Part shown: positions 1 through 8,737 of the stretch, one piece after another
How the letters are laid out: the number at the start of each line of letters is the position of its first letter
Numbering within the stretch: the first letter of the stretch is position 1
Virus record (IMG/VR): IMGVR_UViG_3300050343_000212
Source of the DNA: a virus
DNA length: 64,000 nt
Direction: 5' to 3' (one strand)
The notes under the pieces: generated by a model
Databases searched by the model: none
What the model was told of the DNA's origin: nothing
Seen by the model: only the letters and a program-made list of their open reading frames with translations
Program-made: the position numbers and the translations under genes

Positions 1-756
1 CTATACTTAGCATGGTGGCACTTGTCCATAATCCCTATAAGTGACTTACTCTTAAACAGATGAGCTTCGTCACCAATAATAACATCGTACTCCTCAAAGA
101 ATGATCTATCCAGTTGATAAACTGACTGCCAGGTAGTTATGGTTACTTCATTGGTGTTGACCCTCTCACGACCTGCATAGATTCTGTGACAGTGATTTTC
201 AGCATCCCACCCATAGTCCTGGAAATCTTTAAACATCTGTTCCACTAGTGATGTGGTGGGGACCACGAGTAGAACCTTTCTCTTCAAACCAACATGAAAT
301 CTTACTACAGAGTAAATCATAAATGACTTACCTGATGCAGTTGGGCTAATCAATAACTTCCGATTATATCTCAGAGCATCATGAACAGCGTCTATTTGAT
401 AGTCTCTTGGTTTCAATGAGTGCAATAGATGCCATAAAATCTTTGACACCTTCTTTGCAGATCATTTCATTGACCTCAAAGGGAAGTCCGTAGAATTTAT
501 TATTTACAAATTCAAAACTATATTCAGACTTTTCACAGAATGCAATAACTTTATCAAGAAGTCCCACATAGATTCTCTTTGTTCTGGTATCGAACAAATG
601 AATTTCTCCGTTCCAATGCCTCCGTCTATACTGAGGCATGAACTTTACGTTGGGAACTTCAAAGGTAAATCTATCTCTAAGTTCGTATTCAATATGTGGT
701 TCCGTAGAGATTCTAAGATAAACTTCATTTACCTTCTCTATGGTCAAATCAGCCAT
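1..756 (-). CDS. uvsW: UvsW SF2 DNA helicase, N-terminal part; frameshifted near 400 and continuing off the left edge
   Basis: ORF 379..756 has the UvsW N-terminus (ELRDRFTFEVPNVKFMPQY...WNGEIHLF). A different frame continues RDYQIDAVHDALRYNRKLLISPTASGKS (Walker A) ... VIIGDEAHLFKSKSL (DEAH). Lies next to uvsY. Confidence 0.93.
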
Positions 757-783
757 ACTTATATGGTCACCTATAAGTATTTA

Positions 784-984
784 TTAGCTATTCTGAAAAG
801 AATAATCCAACATCATTCTTTGAAATTGATCTCTTAAAAGCCACATATGTTCTTGTTCTTCAGCTGGTCTAGCAGGAGAACCAGGCCATGTCCTGATTGT
901 CTCAGCAATGCAGTGATGCATTAGACGCACATCATCTATAGAGACGTGCATCGTATAATCAAACTGTTCTTGTTCCTCGTCCAA
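784..984 (-). CDS. Hypothetical protein, 66 aa
   Basis: Intact ORF filling the gap between uvsY and uvsW, on the same strand as its neighbours. Confidence 0.7.
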   Translation of the reverse strand: MDEEQEQFDYTMHVSIDDVRLMHHCIAETIRTWPGSPARPAEEQEHMWLLRDQFQRMMLDYSFQNS

Positions 985-1011
985 TGATTTGAGAATGGGG
1001 GATAATTTTAT

Positions 1012-1452
1012 TTATCCCATACCAGAAGAGAATCTCATAAAATCTATACTATTTTTAATTTGATATGTTCTATTAGTAACTTGTTTTAGTATTTCTTCAA
1101 TGTATTTCAACATTGTATCGTAATACTCAATCTTTAATGAAATTCCTGCTAGTTTCTCATCTGCGTCAAGGTATTTTTGCATAGTATCTTTATCTCTAAT
1201 CTTCTTAGGAAATGGATTATCGATGTAAACTTGAGGATCTGCCTTTCCTGCAAAGTACTCATACCGTTCATGACGGATATTCTTTCTTTGTTGTTCTGCT
1301 TTCTTTCTCAAAAGAATCAGATTATTGTATAGATCATAATATTTCGCATGTAATACGGGAATATTCAATGACTCAGTGTGTAGATTATCAGGATCAATCT
1401 TTGAATCCTCTTCCCACATTTTCTGAATCGTAGGTAAATCAATCATTAGCAA
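1012..1452 (-). CDS. uvsY: UvsY recombination mediator protein
   Basis: IDLPTIQKMWEEDSKIDPDNLHTESLNIPVLHAKY...YLDADEKL...RTYQIKNSIDFMRF matches the cyanophage UvsY pattern; conserved gp3-uvsY-uvsW order. Confidence 0.92.
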   Translation of the reverse strand: MLMIDLPTIQKMWEEDSKIDPDNLHTESLNIPVLHAKYYDLYNNLILLRKKAEQQRKNIRHERYEYFAGKADPQVYIDNPFPKKIRDKDTMQKYLDADEKLAGISLKIEYYDTMLKYIEEILKQVTNRTYQIKNSIDFMRFSSGMG

Positions 1453-2021
1453 CAGGACCCGCCACCGGGTGTAATATTGTATATAAGGTATTTAAAACCA
1501 ACTCTAGCCTGTAGATACTCAACATCTCCTACTTGAGAATTAAATTCTAGAGGACTTAGATAGTATGGGAACATGTCTTTAAATTTTACATTAAAGGCTG
1601 GTTCTTGTTGATTGTTGTTGATGACAAGAGTTGCATCTGAATAAACATCCAAACCAACTGTACCCATACCTTCGTCTTGAAGATTGTAAATTTGCTCAAG
1701 AGATTCAGGAAAACCTAATCCTCTCATCCACTTATCAATCTCAAGATAATTTTGAAGATTCTCATCAACAAAGAATGTCAATTCTAGATCAGAAAAATCT
1801 AAGATCTCTCCAGGTCTAGAAACAGTCTTGAGATAATTAGTTTGATTTGTGACCCCCAGGGTCATACCTGGTACATTTATTATACTACCAAAGAATCCAA
1901 CTGTGGGAGTTCTTTCTATAGAAAATTGAAAACTATTTGGTATCAGGAAGTTTCTATTAGAAGGTTGACCTGAGGGAAGAGCTTTCTTAGTTTGATTTTG
2001 TGTTGGTCTTCTTGTCGCCAT
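1446..2021 (-). CDS. gp3: Tail completion / tube terminator protein gp3
   Basis: NRNFLIPNSFQFSIERTPTVGFF...PGEILDFSDLELTFFVDENLQNYLEI...FKDMFPYYLSPLEF; gp3/gp19-like motifs and position downstream of gp23. Confidence 0.88.
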   Translation of the reverse strand: MATRRPTQNQTKKALPSGQPSNRNFLIPNSFQFSIERTPTVGFFGSIINVPGMTLGVTNQTNYLKTVSRPGEILDFSDLELTFFVDENLQNYLEIDKWMRGLGFPESLEQIYNLQDEGMGTVGLDVYSDATLVINNNQQEPAFNVKFKDMFPYYLSPLEFNSQVGDVEYLQARVGFKYLIYNITPGGGSCC

Positions 2022-2041
2022 CTATCGGCACTCTTTTTTAG

Positions 2042-2048
2042 TATTTAT
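2042..2048 (-). promoter_or_regulatory. T4-type late promoter (ATAAATA) for gp3
   Basis: Plus-strand tatttat about 20 nt upstream of the gp3 start; matches the gp55-type late promoter core. Confidence 0.6.
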
Positions 2049-2058
2049 CAGTAGGCAT

Positions 2059-2083
2059 AAAAAAGACCCTAACCAGGGATCTT
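2059..2083 (-). terminator. Rho-independent terminator after the 162-aa ORF
   Basis: Minus strand AAGA-U-CCCU GGUU AGGG-UCUU followed by a U tract. Confidence 0.65.
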
Positions 2084-2089
2084 ATAGTA

Positions 2090-2578
2090 TTATGAGATGA
2101 GTGTTAACGATGTATCTAAAACAGATCTCTGTTTCTTGTCAAGTTTCCTAACAAGTTCAAGAATCTCCTGTACTTGATTATAAGAATCTTGTTTTTTAAG
2201 TTTAGGAGTATCATCACTGATGAATGATGATGTGATTGGATATGATTTATCATTCAACATATTGTAAATCTGAACGGTTTTACCTCTCCATTGTGACGCA
2301 AGACAATTGCATCGATTTTTCACATATGCATCAATCTTGTCTTCAAGAGGCCAGTGACGCTTGTTGTGATTCTTTGGGAGATCATAAATTTCAAGAACTC
2401 TGTCTTTCAGTTCATCATAATCAACAATCGTCAAAAAATACTTAAATTGATTGGTGACTATCAGGTGGCCACATCCCCTATCGATACGATCCAATACCTT
2501 GCCGTCACCACCACTTTGATCAAACATGAATTGAAAATAGTTTCTTTTACCAGGTGTATCAATAACATGTTTTGTCAT
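2090..2578 (-). CDS. Hypothetical protein, 162 aa (MTKHVIDTPGKRNYF...)
   Basis: This is the real coding part of track ORF 2090..2926. The ATG at 2578 lies immediately after the gp23 terminator. Confidence 0.7.
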   Translation of the reverse strand: MTKHVIDTPGKRNYFQFMFDQSGGDGKVLDRIDRGCGHLIVTNQFKYFLTIVDYDELKDRVLEIYDLPKNHNKRHWPLEDKIDAYVKNRCNCLASQWRGKTVQIYNMLNDKSYPITSSFISDDTPKLKKQDSYNQVQEILELVRKLDKKQRSVLDTSLTLIS

Positions 2579-2605
2579 AAAAAAAGACCCCCGTGAGGGA
2601 GGTCT
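2579..2605 (-). terminator. Rho-independent terminator after gp23
   Basis: Minus strand GACCUCCC UCAC GGGGGUC UUUUUUU, about 45 nt after the gp23 stop. Confidence 0.85.
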
Positions 2606-2648
2606 GAATGGACATGTGGGGCAACCGCTTCCGCAGCAACCACTTGAA

Positions 2649-4053
2649 TCACATGAGGTTCTTAACTGTAACGCGACGGTAGTAGCGGTTCGAGTTAACT
2701 GTAAGAGCACCAGCTCCGACAGTTGTTCCTTCAGCGAAGGGATTAGCGACCATGCCGTAGCGAGTCTTAAATCCGATTTTGGGCTGGAAGGAGTTCTCTC
2801 CAACTGCACGAACCATCTGAAGAGGAACGTATGGGCAGTAGAATAGACCTGCGTCATAAGGGGAAGTACCCTTATAACCAACAACGTAGTACTGGTTAGC
2901 AGCACTGTTTGCCGAATATGGGTCAATGTAGACTCTGATACTTACCTTGAGGATACCAGCGAAGGTGTTACCAGTGTCATCAACGTTAAGGTTAGCGTTC
3001 AGTGCTGGAGTGTAATCCAGGACACCAGCCATGGTCAATGCAGAAGCAACGTCAGCAGAGCACATGATTACATGTTGCCCTTCCCGCGACGAGTTCTTTG
3101 TGCGATTGCGTTAGCATCACGCTCGATTTGGAACAGAAGTCCTTTGAACTTCTCAACAGACCAACGACCGTTGGAGTCAACGTCGAGGTCAAATTCACCA
3201 GCAGTTGCGGTGTTAGACAGCAGCACCAGTTCAGCAGTCTTGTAGATAGTTCTAATAACTTCTCTGTTGATTTCCGCAAGGATTTCAGTAGAGAGGATGT
3301 TAGCAAGTTCTGCTTCAGCGTTAAGACCGTGAATTGCCTTAAGGTCTTGTGCCAGTTCCAAGGAGTACTCTGCTTTCAGAGCTCTGGACTTGGCGGTAAC
3401 GGTGACTTTCTCGATCGAGAATGCCATCTGGTTGAAGTTATCACCAGTGCTTCCGAGATCTTCAGAATTCTGCAGTGGTCATACCCTGACCAACACATAC
3501 AGTCTGAGTAGCAGCGCAGAACCAACAGGGTTCAGTGCGCCGGGGTTAGAAGCCTACCTTGTGCGGTAGTACCCAAACCAACATTAGGTCGGTACCAGGG
3601 AAGTCAAATCCTTCGTTCTGACCAGAGAATGCGGTATCTACTTCGTCGTAGAATGCTTCGCTGCACCACCTTGAGTCTTGTACTTCGAACGCATCGCGAA
3701 GATGAGTCCAGTAGGACCAGACATTGGTTGAACGCCTGCGAGGTCATATGCGACCAAGTTGGGCATAGAGCGTCTGATCAAGGAGATCAGATACGGGGTC
3801 GAAACCAGCAACGGGTGATGCACCAGACCAGAGAAACCAGCATTGCCAGTTCCACCAGGGTCGGTGTTGACATTGGGGGTTGCTCAGTAAGCATTCCGCC
3901 GCTTTGAAATGCGGATTGCTCTCTAAGGAATTTTTCTTGGTTTTCTAACAGGACTGCGGTTACGGCTCTCTTGTGATTGTCTTTGATTGAATCAAGACCC
4001 TCATGATTGAGGAGAGGTGCCCACTTTTCCTGCAGATGTTCGGATTGGAACAT
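2649..4053 (-). CDS. gp23: Major capsid protein gp23, split by several frameshifts
   Basis: Consecutive fragments: MFQSEHLQEKWAPLL; LISLIRRSMPNLVAYDLAGVQPMSGPTGLIFAMRS; MAFSIEKVTVTAKSRALKAEYSLELAQDLKAIHGL; AGLFYCPYVPLQMVRAVGENSFQPKIGFKTRYG. Total span about 468 codons, a normal length. Confidence 0.97.
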
Positions 4054-4108
4054 TTGCTTTTTACCTATGTGGTTAATTTACGGTTTGAATTAATATTAAA
4101 TTCAGTTG

Positions 4109-5246
4109 TTATTTAAGAGTTGATCCCAATGCTCTGATGTAAGCGTCCATAGAACCAGTAGATGGTGCTGTGGTTGCGTCTACACCCTCAGAAAGGGTTT
4201 CAGTCTTAGATTGTGTAGAAACTGTCTTCTGATTGAAATAAGATTCCTTCAGAGTTTCTAACTTCTCACGATATTGTGCTTCACTTTCAAACTCCACACT
4301 TTCGGAAAGTGAGGCGAGTTTCTCTTTCTGTGTCTGTGCAAGACCTTCAGAGACTTGATCAATACTCCTTCAGCAACCGACTCAGAGAGGCGGGAGTTTA
4401 GGGAAATATTCTTCTCAATTTGCTCGTTGAGTTTTGTTTCCATGTCATCAAGTTTTTCTACCATGCTCTCAAGTACATCATACTTATCTTCAGGGATTGT
4501 TACATAATGTTCTTCAAAAAGACCCTTCATTCCAGAAAGGAATGATTCAGTCATTTCGGTCTTGAGACCAGAGTCAACTGCGAGTTGATTCTCAGACATC
4601 CACTCGTCAGAGACATACTCAAGATAAGAATCAACACGCTCTGCGAGTGATTCTTTAGCAGAAGCAACTTCTTCTGCAAATTTCTCTGCGTATTGTGCTT
4701 CTAGTTGTTCTTTGATTTGAGCAACCTTAGAATTGATTGCTGCCTCAAAGATGGTGCGTGCTTTTCTTGGAATTCCTCGGAGAGTTCTTCACCAGCAAGG
4801 AGAGCATTAACGTCTTCTTCGACGTCATACTCAGCAACGACTTCTTCTTCAGTTACTTCTTCTTCAGAAACAACTTCTTCTGTAGTAGACTCTTCTTCAG
4901 AGACTACTTCATCAGTTGTGGTTTCTTCTGCTTCTGCAACTACTTCTTCTTCGTCACTAATTTCTTCTTCTTCCTTCATACCCTTTGGCATAGGATCTGC
5001 TGCCTTTGCACCTTTGTTTACAACGTCTTTAACTTGTTTGAGAGTTCCTCCAGGAGTCTTCAGCTTTGCTGAATCATCATCGACTTTGTAATTTTCTGGT
5101 GTAGGTCCACCCAAATCCTCATAAGTAGGTGGTGTGCCACCAGTAGTGAGTTTGGGCATAGGATCTGCTGTGCCAGCATTAGCATTGACAGCAGTTTTGG
5201 ATTGCTGTGTCTTTACTTCCATTTCTTGTAAATCTCCACGAGACAT
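4109..5246 (-). CDS. gp22: Prohead core scaffolding protein gp22, frameshifted
   Basis: Acidic N-terminal half; fragments LKTEMTESFLSGMKGLFEEHYVTIPEDKYDV and EAQYREKLETLKESYF; lies between gp21 and gp23. Confidence 0.92.
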
Positions 5247-5285
5247 TTGAACTCTCCGTTATTGCCGGGTATTAAAAACTATATT

Positions 5286-5293
5286 TATTTATA
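5286..5293 (-). promoter_or_regulatory. Late promoter TATAAATA upstream of gp22/gp23
   Basis: Perfect T4 late consensus (plus-strand tatttata) 40 nt upstream of the gp22 ATG. Confidence 0.8.
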
Positions 5294-5296
5294 AAA

Positions 5297-5950
5297 CTAA
5301 AGATTAGATAAGAAGTTATTCCATAACTCTAACTTATGTTCTTCCAGTATTTTCTGGTCAACGAGTGTATTTATTCTATTTTTTGTTTGTTGTGCATACT
5401 TCTCACGGAGAAGTCCACCATCCCAAACCCACTCTTTTCCTTCCATAATCCCTTCAACAAAGGCATCTGGGGCAGAAGGATCAGCAACGATATCAGCAGC
5501 AGTTGCTAACATAAAATCGTCACCAACAATATTGACACCTTCACGGGTGGTCTTTAAAGAACCAATACCTCGAGAAGAAACACCAAGTTTTACTCCATCT
5601 TCTACTAAAGCAGAAGCAATCTTACCCATTGGGGTATTCAAAATCTTTGCTTTACCGATGAAATTTGAACCACTTTCTCTAAGTGATACAATTTTATGAG
5701 AAACTCTGTCGAGGTTTACAGTAGGACCATCAGGGTGTCCAAGTTCTCCAAGTGCTCTGCCTGACTGAACATTCGATTCATTATAACGAGAAACTTCCTT
5801 GCGGAGAGTTTCCATGGGATACATACGACCATTGCGGTTCTTGATGTTACCCTGAAGGAAAACTCCCTCAATATATAATGACTTCTTGCCAGACTTAGTA
5901 GTCTCAACTAGAAATTTTACTGATTCGATTTCTTCTCTAATAAGTTTCAT
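5297..5950 (-). CDS. gp21: Prohead protease gp21
   Basis: From MKLIREEIE (ATG 5950): LYIEGVFLQGNIKNRNGRMYP, ALGELGHP, KLGVSSRGIGS, ADIVADPSAPDAFVEGIMEGKEW. Confidence 0.96.
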   Translation of the reverse strand: MKLIREEIESVKFLVETTKSGKKSLYIEGVFLQGNIKNRNGRMYPMETLRKEVSRYNESNVQSGRALGELGHPDGPTVNLDRVSHKIVSLRESGSNFIGKAKILNTPMGKIASALVEDGVKLGVSSRGIGSLKTTREGVNIVGDDFMLATAADIVADPSAPDAFVEGIMEGKEWVWDGGLLREKYAQQTKNRINTLVDQKILEEHKLELWNNFLSNL

Positions 5951-6008
5951 CGGCTCCAGCTGTAGTAGGGACAGCAATTTCAGTGCCAAATATCGATGCC
6001 TTAGCCAT
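5937..6008 (-). pseudogene. Truncated N-terminus of the conserved small ORF normally upstream of gp21
   Basis: MAKASIFGTEIAVPTTAGA resembles the start of the roughly 90-aa cyanophage ORF before gp21 (recalled pattern LKGAEAALPTTxGAA). It runs directly into the gp21 ATG and stops after 23 aa. Confidence 0.55.
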
Positions 6009-6034
6009 TAGTAATCCCTAGTGTATGGTTTTAT

Positions 6035-6232
6035 TTATTCAACTTCGCCTTCAAGTTCAGTAGAAACTTCAGTTCCTACCTCTTCTTCGCCACCGTCAAA
6101 AACGGATCCAGCGATATTTGGTCGAATATTCTCAATTTTTCCTGCCGCCTTGGCAAAAAGAATATCTTTAATTGAATCACTAATTTGAGAAGGACTCTCA
6201 TCCTTCACCAACAAGTTCATAAGTTCATCCAT
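6035..6232 (-). CDS. Conserved cyanophage small acidic protein after the portal gene (gp67 position)
   Basis: MDELMNLLVKDESPSQISDSIKDILFAKAA..., syntenic between gp20 and gp21. Confidence 0.8.
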   Translation of the reverse strand: MDELMNLLVKDESPSQISDSIKDILFAKAAGKIENIRPNIAGSVFDGGEEEVGTEVSTELEGEVE

Positions 6233-6259
6233 AATTATTATTAATAATGTTTTAGTTAT

Positions 6260-7946
6260 TTAGATGTCGCCACCCTTGGGTTTTGGGGTTTCTTCTGCTT
6301 CGGGTTCTTTTGGACCCTCACCACCACCTTCAGCAGTATTCATCTGGCTTTGAAAATCAAGTTCTTGAGATGCCATTTGCATATTCTGAACTTCTTTAGG
6401 ATCGATGATTGTACCATCAGCGATTTCTTTTTTCATCATCTTATCCTGTTCTTCAATCTCAGCATCAGTCTGTCTGAGAACGTTTCTTCTAACATACTCC
6501 TGAGAGTAATACTTACCAACATAAGGTTCAGCTAAACCAGCAAGGTTCAACCTATTCTCAAAAAGTTCTGACTCTTTGAGTTCAGCAGAAGTGGTTATCA
6601 TAGAGGAAGTCATACTGGATGTGATCACCCATGTAAGTTCCAATCCTCAGTTGTAATCAACATTTTTAAGGAGGAGTTGAGTCTTTCAACATGATCACTG
6701 GAACATGTGCTGAGAACCTTTTTCTCATTCTTCCAACAAACTTGGAGAACTTGATCTCATCCCTCAGGATTTCAGAAGAACGACCCTAGTGAGAATCCAC
6801 TATCTCCCTGAAGTCTTGTTTCTGGTACATTCAATGAGCTATATAAGTTTCTTCTGGAAAGTAATTGGATATCAGTAATCTCCCCAAGATTTTGACCACC
6901 AGGAAGTGTGGAGATTTCAGTTCCCTCTACCCCCTTCACGTCTAGGAAGCCAGAAGTCCTCCATCATAGACATATGTTTTTTATCATCTCTAATCTCACC
7001 GGTATTTGCATCATAGACTAAGTTTGTTTCTATAACGCAGTCATTACATCTCTAAGATATTGTTCTGCTTTTACCTTAGGTAGATTTCCTACATCAATAT
7101 AAAAAATTCTACGTTCTGGGGCTCTCGAAAGTCTGTAGATAACCAAGAGCATCTTCAATCATCATCAGTTGATTGAGTGGTTTAATTGATTTGTGTAGCC
7201 AAGACAGAGTTGATCCTTTATTTCTATCTACTAGATCCAGAAGTACAATATGTGACAGAGTCACGGGTCATCTTAACACCCTTTGCACTTCCAGCAGTGA
7301 AGGAACTGGCAATCGAACCTGCCTTTGTATTGCCAGGAGTATAGACAAAATACTCTTCTAGTTCTGGGAAGTTATAACTCTGTGGGTTGTCCCTACCACC
7401 TCTTTCAAGATTGTTCAGTGCATCTTTTGGATTCTTTTTGACTTGACGAATGAACTTCATCTTCGACGCATCAATATACCTCAGTTCCTGAATACCAGCT
7501 GAGGGGTCTTTTTGGTCGATGACCTTATTGTAATATAGTCTTCCGTCGATATACCAGTTGCGGAAGATTTCATGAGCTTTTTTGTCAAAATCAAGAAGTT
7601 CAAGAATATATTTAAACTCTTCCTTGATCTTTTTCTTGATGCCATCACTAGCATTTAAGTTTTGAAGATCAATCGTTACAGGACTATCATTCGTGTCCGC
7701 CACGATCGCTTCATTTACAATATCTTCGATCGCACTATCACACTCAGGATAGAGTGCCATTGAACGATATCTACGAATTAGATCATTTTCATTTTTATAA
7801 ACACCCTCAATATCTACAAAACTGCCATAAAACCCCGAAGAGACGTAGTGGTCCGTACCATCATTATTACTTGGTGGTACTGGAGATACTACACTCTCCG
7901 GGGTCTTTTCATTATCTTCAATTGAGAAACCAAATAATCTCGCCAT
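6260..7946 (-). CDS. gp20: Portal vertex protein gp20, split by frameshifts
   Basis: MARLFGFSI...LIRRYRSMALYPECDSAIEDIVNEAIV; AHEIFRNWYIDGRLYY; further frames MEDFWLPRREGGRGTEISTLPGG and AELKESELFENRL...VRRNVLRQTD. Span about 562 codons. Confidence 0.96.
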
Positions 7947-7952
7947 TTCAAG

Positions 7953-7984
7953 TAAATACTAGGATCTATCTCCTAGTATTTATA
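7953..7984 (-). promoter_or_regulatory. Late promoter TATAAATA (7977-7984) embedded in a 12-bp perfect inverted repeat
   Basis: taaatactagga (7953-7964) / tctatc loop / tcctagtattta (7971-7982); lies in the gp19-gp20 intergenic gap. Confidence 0.75.
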
Positions 7985-7993
7985 ACTCAAAAA

Positions 7994-8701
7994 TCACGCA
8001 TCTGCAGTTCCAGTTGCGACAGATTCATCAGTAATGGAACCTGTGTTAGCACCTTCACCAGCTGCGGTCTCATCGGATTCACCAATAGTGAAGTATTGAA
8101 CCTGGAAGGTTACAGTGAATTCTTCAATTGTGTCAGCACTGTCATAACTAAGTGCAATCTCACTGATCTCAGAAGGCCAAATGTCATAGAACTTATAGCT
8201 CCTCAGAACACTGACAGTTCCTGGACTATTCTTATCCGAGAATGCCTTGTTACCACGACCTAGTTGCTTGACATAACCATTGGTCATGTAAGAGGTTGGA
8301 TTAGTAACACCAGTGTTGTCAATTAAGTTCGATACAACATCACTCCACTTCTCAAAAGCGGTTCTCAGAGTAAAGTCCTCATCGTTGATGATGGTGACTG
8401 TCCACTCAGCGAATGTTCTATCACCAGCGACTTTCAGAGTTCTACCTCTAAAAGGAACACTGATTGGATTCACTGTTGAAGCTGGAAGTTGAGCTGCTTT
8501 ACACAAAAACTTAAAGTTTTCTGTATAAGCAGTCCATGGATCTGAGGTATCTGTATCTCCACCTTCGCCACCGCCAGTAGCATCGACCGCACCAGTTAGT
8601 GCTGTTGGAAATGAGGGAATTGATACCTCAAATAGATTGGGACGGGCGCCGCCGCCCGCCAATTGTGTTTTGAAAGATGATAATGTTCTTACTGAAGCCA
8701 T
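7994..8701 (-). CDS. gp19: Tail tube protein gp19
   Basis: FKTQLAGGGARPNLFEVSI, VPFRGRTLKVAGDRTFAEWTVTIINDEDF, IEEFTVTFQVQY. Confidence 0.96.
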   Translation of the reverse strand: MASVRTLSSFKTQLAGGGARPNLFEVSIPSFPTALTGAVDATGGGEGGDTDTSDPWTAYTENFKFLCKAAQLPASTVNPISVPFRGRTLKVAGDRTFAEWTVTIINDEDFTLRTAFEKWSDVVSNLIDNTGVTNPTSYMTNGYVKQLGRGNKAFSDKNSPGTVSVLRSYKFYDIWPSEISEIALSYDSADTIEEFTVTFQVQYFTIGESDETAAGEGANTGSITDESVATGTADA

Positions 8702-8737
8702 TTTAATTGTTCTCCGTTAGTTTAGTTAATATTATGA

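Noticed and set aside
2090-2926. 278-aa track ORF
   Set aside because: Its first 116 codons are an alternative frame of the gp23 3' end and terminator; only 2090..2578 looks like a real gene.
2649-4053. Programmed ribosomal frameshifting producing capsid isoforms
   Set aside because: There are too many shifts, in both directions, and neighbouring genes are affected in the same way; I saw no consistent slippery site plus stimulator.
4790-4990. Repetitive EEVVSEEE-type segment in gp22
   Set aside because: Ordinary low-complexity acidic linker of cyanophage scaffold proteins.
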